A stretch of DNA of 32,000 nt from Psychrobacter sp. DM4. GTDB lineage: Bacteria > Pseudomonadota > Gammaproteobacteria > Pseudomonadales > Moraxellaceae. The translations under genes were made by a program, and so were the position numbers. Numbering within the stretch: position 1 is the first letter of the stretch; every line of letters begins with the position of its first letter. Positions 17,441 to 26,331 of the stretch are shown piece after piece. The DNA is taken from the NCBI RefSeq assembly GCF_051307035.1, contig NZ_CP195536.1, positions 150,001-182,000 on the forward strand, written 5' to 3'. The notes below the pieces were generated by a model, which saw only the letters and a list, made by a program, of their open reading frames with translations, ran no database searches and was not told the DNA's origin.

Positions 17441-19606
17441 ATGGCAGAGCGCGCCGCCAAGCAGTTAGAATTAAATAAATCTGAATTACCCAATTCCATT
17501 ACTGAAGTTATTGCCACTTTGTCCCGAGCTGGGTTTGATGCCTATATCGTCGGCGGCGGTGTGCGCGATACTTTATTGGGCCTACGTCCAAAAGACTTTG
17601 ATGCGGTCACAGATGCCAAGCCTCATGAGATTAAAGACGTCTTTGGCAAGCGCTGCCGTATCATTGGTCGCCGTTTTCAGTTGGCACATGTCTACTCTGG
17701 GCGCGAACTCATCGAGGTGGCTACCTTTCGCGGACCACCTACTAATGATGCTAACACTAATCAAGATGGCATGATCTTACGTGACAACGTTTGGGGTGAT
17801 ATCAAGCAAGACTTCTCCCGTCGCGACTTCTCTATCAATGCCCTTTATTATCAGCCGCTCAAAGGCGTCGTGCACGATTTTTGCGCCGCACTTGACGATA
17901 TAGACAATAAAGTAATTCGTCTGTTGGGTCATGCCCCTGTACGTATTGAGGAAGACCCTGTTCGTTTGCTACGCGCGCTACGTTTCAAAGCCAAATTAGG
18001 TTTTGAGTTTGATGAAGAACTAGCAAATCAGTTTCATGAGGACAACTGGGGGCTACTTGAGCAGATCTCACCACATCGCCTTTATGATGAAACGCAAAAG
18101 ATGTTTACGGGCGGGTATTTAGTACCGCTCCTACCGCTTTTGTTTGACTCTGGTGCAATCGATAGTCTGATGATATATCCGCCTGCTGAACCTAGTCCTT
18201 TGGTCAAACAAGTCGCTATTAATACGGATAAACGCATCAAAGCTGGCAAAAGTATTAATCCGGCGTTCTTTTATGCTGCGCTGTTGTGGGAGAACTACTT
18301 ACATCAGTTAGAAAAAGCCAAGAACCGAAACATGCCTTTTGCTGAAGCGCAAATGCATGCAGCGGGTAAAGTGATTGATCGTCAGCGCATCAAGACCGCG
18401 ATTCCTAAATTTGCAGAGCAATTCATCCGCGATATTTGGCTATTGCAGCCCAAACTTGCTGCGCCGCGCAACAAACAAATTGTCCAGTTGTCTGAGCATC
18501 CGCGTTTTCGCGCAGGTTTTGACTTTTTATTATTACGCGAACAGTGTGGTGATAGCGATCATCCTTTGTCTGAATCGACCAATGATATGGGCGAGTGGTG
18601 GCAAACTTATCAAACGTTGTCTGAAAAAGAGCAACAACAGGCGATCGATGATTTTGATGAAAATATTCGCCGAGGCGCTTACAAGCAAGGCCAACACGGC
18701 CGTGGTCGCAATCGTCAAAAGCAACATGATAATGGCTCACAAGTAGTCAATCACACTCACGAAAACCACAACGATGCCCCTAAGAAAGGAAAGTCTCAGC
18801 CGCCTATGAATGATGCCTCAAACGTACCAGCACGTCGCCGTCGCCGCATGAGTGATGACCAAGTCTCATCTACAGAATCAAAAAACTTACCTTCTACCAA
18901 GTCAAAACCTGCTATCAATGGTAAGCAGCAAGCGAAGCAAGATCGTAAAGAGCTGGTATTGCTACAACAGTTATCACTGACTAATGGTGGAAATAAGCAT
19001 GCTAAAAACCAATCTAATCCTGCGCCCCTGTTCGTCATAGAACACGAAACAGTCGTACCACCATTACAAAAACAGCTGGATACAGAAAAAACCATCAAAC
19101 CCAAAGGTCGAAAAGTCTCTGCTAAAAACAAAGCTTCAGTCGATGAGAGTATAAAAGAGGTTACTGTAGAAGCGGCTACTGATGAAAAAGCAAAGCGTCA
19201 TCAGACTGATGCAAAAACTGGAACTGAGCAAAAATCAGCCACCAAAACAGAGGCTAAACGCTCGGTTGCGACACCAGCACAAACGCCGCAATTGGTCACC
19301 TCAAATAATGAGCCAATACCGCATAAGCGTCGTCGCCGTCAGTCAGATGCTACTCAGTCAGACGTTATGCCAAAAGTATCCAATAATCCTGATGCACAGG
19401 CCGCTGAACCGAGCCAAAATGAAAATAAGCAAACGCGCAAAAGTACTAAAGCGACCAATAGCACTAGAGCTACCAAGAGCACTAAAGCGGCAAAAAGTGC
19501 AACACCAGCTACAAGCAGTACTGATAAGATGATCAGTCGTCAAGGCCCCATTCCAGCAAAACGTCGTCGCCGTCAGCCTAGTAATAATAGTACCGATAGC
19601 GTCTAG
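17441..19606 (+). CDS. pcnB: Poly(A) polymerase I with a long low-complexity C-terminal extension
   Basis: Contains the nucleotidyltransferase head AYIVGGGVRDTLLGLRPKDFD and RIIGRRFQLAHV...IEVATFRG, then RRDFSINALYY and PVRLLRALRFKAKLGF. The ATG at 17441 lies 7 nt after GAGGAG (17428-17433). The ORF is also open from a TTG at 17414. folK follows, as in E. coli. Confidence 0.93.
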   Translation: MAERAAKQLELNKSELPNSITEVIATLSRAGFDAYIVGGGVRDTLLGLRPKDFDAVTDAKPHEIKDVFGKRCRIIGRRFQLAHVYSGRELIEVATFRGPPTNDANTNQDGMILRDNVWGDIKQDFSRRDFSINALYYQPLKGVVHDFCAALDDIDNKVIRLLGHAPVRIEEDPVRLLRALRFKAKLGFEFDEELANQFHEDNWGLLEQISPHRLYDETQKMFTGGYLVPLLPLLFDSGAIDSLMIYPPAEPSPLVKQVAINTDKRIKAGKSINPAFFYAALLWENYLHQLEKAKNRNMPFAEAQMHAAGKVIDRQRIKTAIPKFAEQFIRDIWLLQPKLAAPRNKQIVQLSEHPRFRAGFDFLLLREQCGDSDHPLSESTNDMGEWWQTYQTLSEKEQQQAIDDFDENIRRGAYKQGQHGRGRNRQKQHDNGSQVVNHTHENHNDAPKKGKSQPPMNDASNVPARRRRRMSDDQVSSTESKNLPSTKSKPAINGKQQAKQDRKELVLLQQLSLTNGGNKHAKNQSNPAPLFVIEHETVVPPLQKQLDTEKTIKPKGRKVSAKNKASVDESIKEVTVEAATDEKAKRHQTDAKTGTEQKSATKTEAKRSVATPAQTPQLVTSNNEPIPHKRRRRQSDATQSDVMPKVSNNPDAQAAEPSQNENKQTRKSTKATNSTRATKSTKAAKSATPATSSTDKMISRQGPIPAKRRRRQPSNNSTDSV

Positions 19607-19612
19607 ACTAAC

Positions 19613-20131
19613 ATGGATGAGATCACAGATAGCGAGTGGGTAACTACTTATCTTGGTTTAGGAAGTAACTTGATCAACGAGCTCGGTACGCCGACTCAGC
19701 ACTTGCAACAGGCCATAAAAGGTTTGAGCGAGCATAAGCAAGTACGAGAGGTACAAGTTTCCTCGTTCTATCTCTCAGCGCCGATGGGACCACAGGATCA
19801 GCCCGACTTTGTCAATACTGTGGTTAGTGTTCAAACGACGCTCACCCCATTTGAGCTACTAGCCTTTTGCCAGCAACTAGAAAATAACGCTAAGCGCGCG
19901 CGATTGCGTCACTGGGGCGAGCGTAGTCTGGATGTTGATATTTTACTGTATGGTGACGCACAGGTAGCAGAGCCGACTTTGACTATACCGCATGCTGGCT
20001 TGTATGAACGCAACTTTGTATTGATACCTCTCCTTGAGCTGATACCTACGCTCAAGGTTGCTGGCAAACCACTTACCAATTGCGCGTCAAGTAAAGATTG
20101 GACGGGACTAAAAAAGCTAAGCGCTGAATAA
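19613..20131 (+). CDS. folK: 2-amino-4-hydroxy-6-hydroxymethyldihydropteridine diphosphokinase
   Basis: YLGLGSNL, FVNTVV, RHWGERSLDVDILLYG and LTIPHAGLYERNFVLIPL are HPPK signature blocks. The conserved pcnB-folK linkage is present. Confidence 0.93.
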   Translation: MDEITDSEWVTTYLGLGSNLINELGTPTQHLQQAIKGLSEHKQVREVQVSSFYLSAPMGPQDQPDFVNTVVSVQTTLTPFELLAFCQQLENNAKRARLRHWGERSLDVDILLYGDAQVAEPTLTIPHAGLYERNFVLIPLLELIPTLKVAGKPLTNCASSKDWTGLKKLSAE

Positions 20132-20169
20132 ATAACTATCTTTTTTACCACTACGTTATTGAGAGCTGT

Positions 20170-20970
20170 ATGACGACTTTAACTACTCTAAAAAAATTTA
20201 AAAAAGACGGTACTAAATTTACGTGCTTGACCTGCTATGATGCGATGTTTGCTCGCATGATGGACAAAGCACAGATTGATACTATCTTGATTGGTGATAG
20301 CCTTGGCATGGTGGTACAAGGTCATGACTCTACTTTGCCTGTCAGCGTCGATGATATGGCTTATCATACCGCTAATGTCGCACGTAGTAATGAGCAGGCG
20401 CTGATCCTAGCTGATCTGCCTTTTATGAGTTATACCATACTAAGCGATGCTATTGCCAATAGTCGCAAGCTTATGCAAGCGGGCGCGCATGTTATAAAGA
20501 TAGAGGGCGGGCGTGAGCTTTGTGAGCTTGTGACTACGCTTGCACAGGCAGGTACGCCAACTTGCGTGCATCTCGGTTTGACACCCCAATCTGTCAATGT
20601 ATTCGGTGGTTACAAGGTTCAAGGCCGCGGCGATGAAGCGGCTAACAAATTACTTGACGATGTCAAAGCAGTTGTAGAGGCAGGAGCGGCGCTTATATTG
20701 TTAGAATGTGTGCCCGCAGATCTTGCAAAGATGGTAACGCAGGCCGTGAGTGTGCCTGTAATCGGTATCGGTGCTGGTGCTGACACGGACGGTCAAGTAC
20801 TAGTGATGCACGATATGCTCGGAATGGTACATGGCCGAGTTCCGCGATTCGTCCATGATTTTTTGACTGACGAGCGTAATACTGAGCATAGTATCGCAGG
20901 CGCTTTTGCACTGTATCAGCAGTCGGTACGCGAGGGCAGCTTCCCAAGTGAGCAGCACAAGTTCAGCTGA
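20170..20970 (+). CDS. panB: 3-methyl-2-oxobutanoate hydroxymethyltransferase
   Basis: Contains TCYDAMFARMMD, LIGDSLGMVVQGHDSTLPV, VKIEGG and LECVP blocks typical of PanB. Confidence 0.95.
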   Translation: MTTLTTLKKFKKDGTKFTCLTCYDAMFARMMDKAQIDTILIGDSLGMVVQGHDSTLPVSVDDMAYHTANVARSNEQALILADLPFMSYTILSDAIANSRKLMQAGAHVIKIEGGRELCELVTTLAQAGTPTCVHLGLTPQSVNVFGGYKVQGRGDEAANKLLDDVKAVVEAGAALILLECVPADLAKMVTQAVSVPVIGIGAGADTDGQVLVMHDMLGMVHGRVPRFVHDFLTDERNTEHSIAGAFALYQQSVREGSFPSEQHKFS

Positions 20971-21035
20971 TTTTATATCGCTTGAAATCTCACATCGCTT
21001 TTTAAATTGGTACTTTTGTATAAACAGAGCCGTTC

Positions 21036-21926
21036 ATGCCTACTATTTATCACAGCATTGCAGACCTGCGTTCCGCCTTACAGTCGTCTCAAAGTCAATC
21101 AGCCAAACCGCATCGCATTGCTTTAGTGCCAACGATGGGCAACTTGCACGAGGGACACTTAGAGCTGGTAAATATTGCCAGGCAGCAGGCTGATATTGTG
21201 GTGGTCAGTATCTTTGTTAATCCGACGCAATTTGGTATCGGTGAGGATTTTGACAGTTATCCTCGCACTTTAGAAGAAGACATCAATAAGCTTGCTACCA
21301 TTCACGCTGACTACGTCTTTGCGCCAAATATTGACGAGATGTATCCTGTGTTGCCGCCATCGACTTCGGTGCTTGCAGGCGCTGTCACAGAGCAATTGTG
21401 TGGTCAGTCGCGCCCAGGACATTTCGATGGCGTCGGTATCATCGTCGCCAAATTGTTCAACATCGTACAGCCAAACGTCGCTATATTTGGACAAAAAGAT
21501 TATCAGCAATTAGCAATTATCAAACAGCTGGTACGTGACTTAAGTTACCCCATTGAGATTATCGGCGCGCCTATCGTCCGTGCTCCTGATGGTCTAGCGC
21601 TATCCTCACGCAATCAGTATTTGAGTACTACAGAGCGAGCTATTGCACCGATCTTGCATCGAGAACTACAGCAACTAGCGGCGCAATTGTCTGGTGCTTT
21701 TGATGAGCAAAAGCTGAGCGAGCTTGTCACATATACTCATCGACGCCTAAGTGATGCAGGTTTTGAGATCGATTATCTGGACGTAAAAACTGCACAGTTA
21801 GAGACTATCACTCATGATGGCTCTAATCTTGAGCAAACGGCTCATAACGCCATTATAGTGGTCGCAGCAAAGCTAGGACAGGCACGTCTACTGGATAATG
21901 AGAAATTGACTTTTACTAATCTATAA
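21036..21926 (+). CDS. panC: Pantoate--beta-alanine ligase
   Basis: VPTMGNLHEGHLELV is the HIGH-like motif. SIFVNPTQFG, FGQKDYQQL and LALSSRNQYL blocks are also present. The gene follows panB. Confidence 0.95.
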   Translation: MPTIYHSIADLRSALQSSQSQSAKPHRIALVPTMGNLHEGHLELVNIARQQADIVVVSIFVNPTQFGIGEDFDSYPRTLEEDINKLATIHADYVFAPNIDEMYPVLPPSTSVLAGAVTEQLCGQSRPGHFDGVGIIVAKLFNIVQPNVAIFGQKDYQQLAIIKQLVRDLSYPIEIIGAPIVRAPDGLALSSRNQYLSTTERAIAPILHRELQQLAAQLSGAFDEQKLSELVTYTHRRLSDAGFEIDYLDVKTAQLETITHDGSNLEQTAHNAIIVVAAKLGQARLLDNEKLTFTNL

Positions 21927-22005
21927 AGATCATCAGAACATTTAAGCAAGTAGTGCTATCACACGTAGCCGACATTGAAAAAACAACAAATACAGGTGAT
22001 CGATC

Positions 22006-23025
22006 ATGGATGCAAGTAATAAAGAGGATACCCTAAATCAAGCAAAGTCGCCTAATATGTTGGTGTCTGAATCTACGTCATCTGAAACCATGTCATCTGA
22101 TACCATGACATCTAACGCTACTAAAGATAACGATATCAGTATACTAGTGGTTTCTGGTCGCTCAGGATCAGGTAAGACATCAGTACTCAATATTTTGGAA
22201 GATTTAGGATATTATTCTATTGATAACTTGCCTCTATCTTTGGTGCCACAAGCCGCGCAAAGATTGGTTGGCGATAGCGGTATACAGCGCCTAGCGCTTG
22301 GTGTTGATATTCGTACACCGCGTGCTGACTTGTCCAACTTCTCTAAGGTACATGATACGCTCAAGCAGACTTATGGCGAAAAAACGGTTCAGGTCGTTTA
22401 TGTGACGGCGCAAGATAGCACTTTGGTAGCGCGTTTTAATGCCACGCGCCGTGTACATCCCTTGATGACTAAAGATACGGTTACTACTAAGCACAGTACG
22501 AATAATCTGCCTGCTGCAATAAAAAAAGAGAGCAGTTTATTAGAGCCAATATTCAAACGTGCTGATATGAAGATTGATACCAGTATGCTCAATATTCATC
22601 AATTAAAAGAGCGTCTACGTGACTACGTTGGCGTCGAAAACAAAATAGTCATCAACCTGTTATCGTTTGGGTTTAAGTATGGTAATCCTATTGATGCCGA
22701 CTTTATATTCGATGTGCGCATACTACCCAATCCGCATTGGAATCCCAAACTACGCATGGCGACTGGATTAGATCACAAAGTCAGAGAATTCTTTGCAGAT
22801 TATCCAGAGGTCAATGAGATGACAGAGGATATAGGAACGTTTCTGGAGCGCTGGTTGCCAAACTTTTTGCACAACAATCGTCATACGGTAACCGTCGCTA
22901 TCGGTTGCACAGGCGGCAAACATCGCTCGGTCTTTATCACCCAGCAATTACAAGACAGATTGGCGATGAGTCTACCCAAAGATTTGACAGTGGCAACGAA
23001 ACACCGCGAAAAACACCTGTGGTAG
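22006..23025 (+). CDS. rapZ: RNase adapter / nucleotide-binding protein RapZ (YhbJ family)
   Basis: Has the Walker A motif VVSGRSGSGKTS followed by ILEDLGYYSIDNLP. C-terminal blocks FGFKYGNPIDADFIFDVRILPNPHW and VAIGCTGGKHRSV match E. coli RapZ. The roughly 45-aa Ser/Thr-rich N-terminal extension is uncertain. In-frame ATGs at 22057, 22090 and 22105 are alternative starts. Confidence 0.88.
   Translation: MDASNKEDTLNQAKSPNMLVSESTSSETMSSDTMTSNATKDNDISILVVSGRSGSGKTSVLNILEDLGYYSIDNLPLSLVPQAAQRLVGDSGIQRLALGVDIRTPRADLSNFSKVHDTLKQTYGEKTVQVVYVTAQDSTLVARFNATRRVHPLMTKDTVTTKHSTNNLPAAIKKESSLLEPIFKRADMKIDTSMLNIHQLKERLRDYVGVENKIVINLLSFGFKYGNPIDADFIFDVRILPNPHWNPKLRMATGLDHKVREFFADYPEVNEMTEDIGTFLERWLPNFLHNNRHTVTVAIGCTGGKHRSVFITQQLQDRLAMSLPKDLTVATKHREKHLW
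22078..22113 (+). repeat. 15-nt in-frame tandem repeat (about 2.4 copies) in the rapZ 5' region
   Basis: TCATCTGAAACCATG (22078-22092) is followed by TCATCTGATACCATG (22093-22107) and a partial ACATCT. The units encode SSETM / SSDTM / TS. Confidence 0.85.
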
Positions 23026-23064
23026 GCGTCACTCCCTTATTTATACTATTAAACTGGAAACATT

Positions 23065-23574
23065 ATGGTTGATTGGTCAGAACAGGACATGCGAGTCTCG
23101 CGTACTGAGCTCAAAAAAGCTCATGAGCGCTTGCAAGCATTATCGATACCTCTAGCAAATTTATCAAAAAAACAGCTCAAAAAATTGCCCGCCAGCGATT
23201 ACTTCATGGCAGAGCTTATGGCGCTCGCTGATATCACTAGTGCCAATGCTCGCAATCGCCAAACCAAACGCGTGGGCAAACTTATCGGTGAAGAAGACCG
23301 TCATACTTTAATCAAAGCACTGTTCGATGCCTATTTTCCTAATGAACAAGTGGCAAAGATTGAGAGCTGGTATGGCAGACTTAATATCAATGATGAAGGG
23401 ACGCTCAAGCAGTTTACCAAGCAGTACAAAGCCTCAGAACACAACAGCTTGCATCAGTTGCTACTGTGGATTGAATACGCCAAATACAAACAAGATGATG
23501 AATTATTAGCAGAATCACAAGAAGATCTAGCCAGCTACATTCGTGAAGTGACTATCCTGTCAGATCTAAAGTAA
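23065..23574 (+). CDS. yjgA: Ribosome-associated protein YjgA/DarP (DUF615)
   Basis: 169 aa. VSRTELKKAHERLQALSIPLANLSKKQLKKLP and NARNRQTKRVGKLI parallel the E. coli YjgA blocks VSKSEIKRDAEELKRLG and RRRQLQLIGKML. Confidence 0.8.
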   Translation: MVDWSEQDMRVSRTELKKAHERLQALSIPLANLSKKQLKKLPASDYFMAELMALADITSANARNRQTKRVGKLIGEEDRHTLIKALFDAYFPNEQVAKIESWYGRLNINDEGTLKQFTKQYKASEHNSLHQLLLWIEYAKYKQDDELLAESQEDLASYIREVTILSDLK

Positions 23575-23636
23575 TTCGCTGGACTGAAAGTAATTCTTAA
23601 TTTTCGTCAATAAAAGTCGCAGATATAAAGCCACAC

Positions 23637-23672
23637 TTAAAAAAGCCAATCTTTAAAGATTGGCTTTTCTGT
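23637..23672. terminator. Bidirectional rho-independent terminator (yjgA and dsbA converge)
   Basis: A perfect 28-nt palindrome AAAAGCCAATCTTTAAAGATTGGCTTTT (23641-23668) lies between convergent genes. It has an A-run upstream and a T-rich tail downstream. Confidence 0.82.
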
Positions 23673-23696
23673 TGAAGTAGAGGTTCTAAATCAAAA

Positions 23697-24317
23697 TTAC
23701 TTTTTCTCGGCGCGTGCTTTATCAACTAAATAATCGACGACTTTAGGTACTTTAGCGCTTTCACCTGTGACGACGTATTTGCCTTGCACAACGACTGCTG
23801 GGACACCTGAGAGCTGATAACGCTTAGCGCCTGCTTGCGAGCGACCAATTTTCGTACCTACGGCGAATGAGTTATAAAGACTGTTAAATTTCTTTTTATC
23901 AACGCCTTTTGAAGCATACCAGTTAGCTAATGACGCTTGGTCAAATAGCTTCTTGCCATCCTTGTGAATAGCATCGAATAGTGCATCATGGGTCTTGTTC
24001 TCATAACCTAACAACTGCGCTGCATAGAATCCACGTGCATTGGTTTCCCAAACAGGGTTTAGTGCAGCTGGCGTCTTAAAGAAGGCCACATCTTTATCTT
24101 TGGTTTTTGCCCATTTTTCCATGTGTGGGTTGAGTACATTACAATGCGGGCAACCATACCAAAAAAACTCACGAACGACGATAGCATCACCGCTTATGTT
24201 CTCTGGGTTATCGAGCACTCGATAATCTTTACCTGCGACATAATCGGCCGCTTGAGAGCCCATAGAGGCAAACCCAATAGCCATTGCCAAACCAGTCAAA
24301 GTCATGACACGTTTCAT
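23697..24317 (-). CDS. dsbA: Thiol:disulfide interchange protein DsbA
   Basis: Has the signal peptide MKRVMTLTGLAMAIGFASMGSQA and the thioredoxin-fold active site FFWYGCPHCN (CPHC). SD AAGGAAAAAGT lies before the ATG. Confidence 0.93.
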   Translation of the reverse strand: MKRVMTLTGLAMAIGFASMGSQAADYVAGKDYRVLDNPENISGDAIVVREFFWYGCPHCNVLNPHMEKWAKTKDKDVAFFKTPAALNPVWETNARGFYAAQLLGYENKTHDALFDAIHKDGKKLFDQASLANWYASKGVDKKKFNSLYNSFAVGTKIGRSQAGAKRYQLSGVPAVVVQGKYVVTGESAKVPKVVDYLVDKARAEKK

Positions 24318-24704
24318 ACTTTTTCCTTGAAGGATACATACTTATATTTAATATAAAAAAGGAGATAGACCAGTGAATGACACCCGCTTTATCTCATTTA
24401 CAACAACGTAAACTATAATAGCGCAAAATGACGCTATTTGTGAACCGTATTCTTAACTAACCGTTGTAGAGCTGTGAGCTAATATTTAGTGACTCTTACT
24501 CAGTATGATATCAGCAAACTATTGTCTATTAAACTAATGAGATTGACATTTAAACGGTCGTAGATAAGTGCTGATAAAGTGGCTCAAAATAACAATACCT
24601 CTCATAATAGCTCACGGATGTGCCCACAAAAATATGTCTACTCATGCTAATATTAGGCCTATAACAGTGTCAATCGATGACAACAATACATTTAAGGATA
24701 CATC

Positions 24705-25517
24705 ATGAGCTCAGCGCTACATGTCTCAACTACTGATCAAACAGATACTCGTTCACAAAACACTGCAATAAACGTAGATCCTAGCGAAGTTGAAAAGTTT
24801 AACAATTTGGCTGGTGAATGGTGGAGTAACACAGGCGCTTTTGCGACTTTACATGAGATCAATCCGCTACGTCTCAACTGGATAGAGGACAACGTCAAAA
24901 GCGGATTTATAAGCGACAATGTTGATAAGACAGCTGATAGGGGCTTGGCTGGCAAAAAAGTATTAGACGTAGGCTGCGGCGGCGGAATTTTATCCGAGTC
25001 TATGGCGCGTCGCGGCGCAGATGTGACGGGTATCGATCTGGGGGATGAGAATCTCAAAGCGGCGACAGTACACGCAGAGCAAAGTGGTCTTGAGGATACT
25101 TTACGTTATCAACATATTCCCGTAGAGGAGCTAGCTAAGACTCATGCAAGACAGTTCGACGTAGTGACTTGTATGGAGATGCTTGAGCATGTTCCTGATC
25201 CAAGCTCTATCGTAACTGCCTGTTTTGAGCTGTTAGCGCCTGGTGGCGTTTGCGTTTTGTCCACTATTAACCGCAACCCCAAATCCTACCTGTTCGCTAT
25301 TATTGGTGCTGAGTATGTCCTGCGTTTACTTGATCGCGGCACTCATGACTATGCCAAATTTATCACACCTGCTGAGCTTGATAAGATGACAGTTAGTAGC
25401 GGATTTGGCCGCCAAGATATCATAGGTCTTCATTATAATCCTTTGACCAAGCGCTATTGGCTGGCCCAAAATGTCGATGTGAACTATATGATGGCGGTGC
25501 AAAAGCCGATAGCTTAA
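24705..25517 (+). CDS. ubiG: Bifunctional 3-demethylubiquinone 3-O-methyltransferase / 2-polyprenyl-6-hydroxyphenol methylase
   Basis: Contains EVEKFNNLAGEWWSNTGAFATLHEINPLRLNWI and the SAM motif VLDVGCGGGILSE, then CMEMLEHVPDP and TINRNPKSYL. These are UbiG-specific blocks. Confidence 0.93.
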   Translation: MSSALHVSTTDQTDTRSQNTAINVDPSEVEKFNNLAGEWWSNTGAFATLHEINPLRLNWIEDNVKSGFISDNVDKTADRGLAGKKVLDVGCGGGILSESMARRGADVTGIDLGDENLKAATVHAEQSGLEDTLRYQHIPVEELAKTHARQFDVVTCMEMLEHVPDPSSIVTACFELLAPGGVCVLSTINRNPKSYLFAIIGAEYVLRLLDRGTHDYAKFITPAELDKMTVSSGFGRQDIIGLHYNPLTKRYWLAQNVDVNYMMAVQKPIA

Positions 25518-25597
25518 GGTTTTAGTATTGACGTTTGCTAGCATTTATAGCTAGCGGTTTATTCCTTATCGAACTTATATAACTAGAGCGTGTGATT

Positions 25598-26308
25598 ATG
25601 AGCAAATTTATAAAAGCAGTTTTATTTGATCTTGATGGCACCTTGATAGATACTGCCGCTGATTTTGTGCGTATTATTGGCAAGATGAGTGCTGAGAACA
25701 ACTGGCAAGCGCCGCCTGAAGCCCAAATACGCGAGCAAGTTTCAGCAGGCGCTTCGGCTATGGTCAAGCTGATGTTACGTCATAACGGTCAAGCGCGCGT
25801 CACTGAGGAGGCACTACAGGTTTATCGTCAGCAGTTCTTGGATGATTACGAAGCTGATATTTGCGTTGACAGTCATGTGTTTGAAGGACTTGATGCTGTG
25901 CTTACTACCCTTGAGCGAAAAGGCGTACCTTGGGGTATTGTGACCAATAAACCCCGTTATCTGGCAGAGCAGCTCCTACAAAAAATGAAACTAGAGGAGC
26001 GCTGTTCAGCCTTAGTCTGTCCTGAAGATGTGTCGAGGTCTAAGCCTGATCCTGAGCCTATGTATATGGCACTAGAGAAGCTTGGTATACCACGCGGCGC
26101 TGCTGGCTGCGTATTATATGTAGGCGATCATATACGGGATATTGACTCAGGTAACGCCGCTGGCATGCCAACAATTTTGGCAGGATATGGTTATATCCCT
26201 CCTGAATATCAAAAGACCCTTAAGAAGTGGAACGCAGATTTCATCGTCAATACTCCTGAACAACTCAGTAAACTGCTACTAACATCAGGTACGTTTGAAT
26301 ACCTGTAA
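25598..26308 (+). CDS. HAD-IA family phosphatase (phosphoglycolate phosphatase / MupP-like)
   Basis: Has HAD motif I LFDLDGTLIDT, motif II IVTNKP and motif IV VGDHIRDIDSGNAAG. The ubiG-HAD-yciK order matches the Pseudomonas ubiG-mupP-yciK arrangement. The ORF is also open from GTG at 25592. Confidence 0.85.
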   Translation: MSKFIKAVLFDLDGTLIDTAADFVRIIGKMSAENNWQAPPEAQIREQVSAGASAMVKLMLRHNGQARVTEEALQVYRQQFLDDYEADICVDSHVFEGLDAVLTTLERKGVPWGIVTNKPRYLAEQLLQKMKLEERCSALVCPEDVSRSKPDPEPMYMALEKLGIPRGAAGCVLYVGDHIRDIDSGNAAGMPTILAGYGYIPPEYQKTLKKWNADFIVNTPEQLSKLLLTSGTFEYL

Positions 26309-26331
26309 ACATTTTTTATGACTTAACGAGC

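Noticed and set aside
18375-19532. Alternative-frame and antisense ORFs within pcnB (123 aa at 18375-18746, 116 aa at 19182-19532, 111 aa at 18796-19131)
   Set aside because: They are explained by the repetitive, low-complexity coding sequence of the PcnB tail, which keeps other frames open. There is no independent start signal.
20906-21193. 95-aa ORF bridging the panB 3' end and the panC 5' end
   Set aside because: It overlaps two confidently assigned genes in a different frame. It has no SD and no recognisable motif.
24359-24411. Consensus AAGGAG (24359-24364) followed by a 12-codon GTG mini-ORF (24373-24411) in the dsbA-ubiG divergent region
   Set aside because: The SD and spacing are attractive, but the peptide (VNDTRFISFTTT) has no features of a regulatory leader. 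It lies about 300 nt from ubiG and I cannot assess conservation. It would only be worth checking with ribosome profiling.
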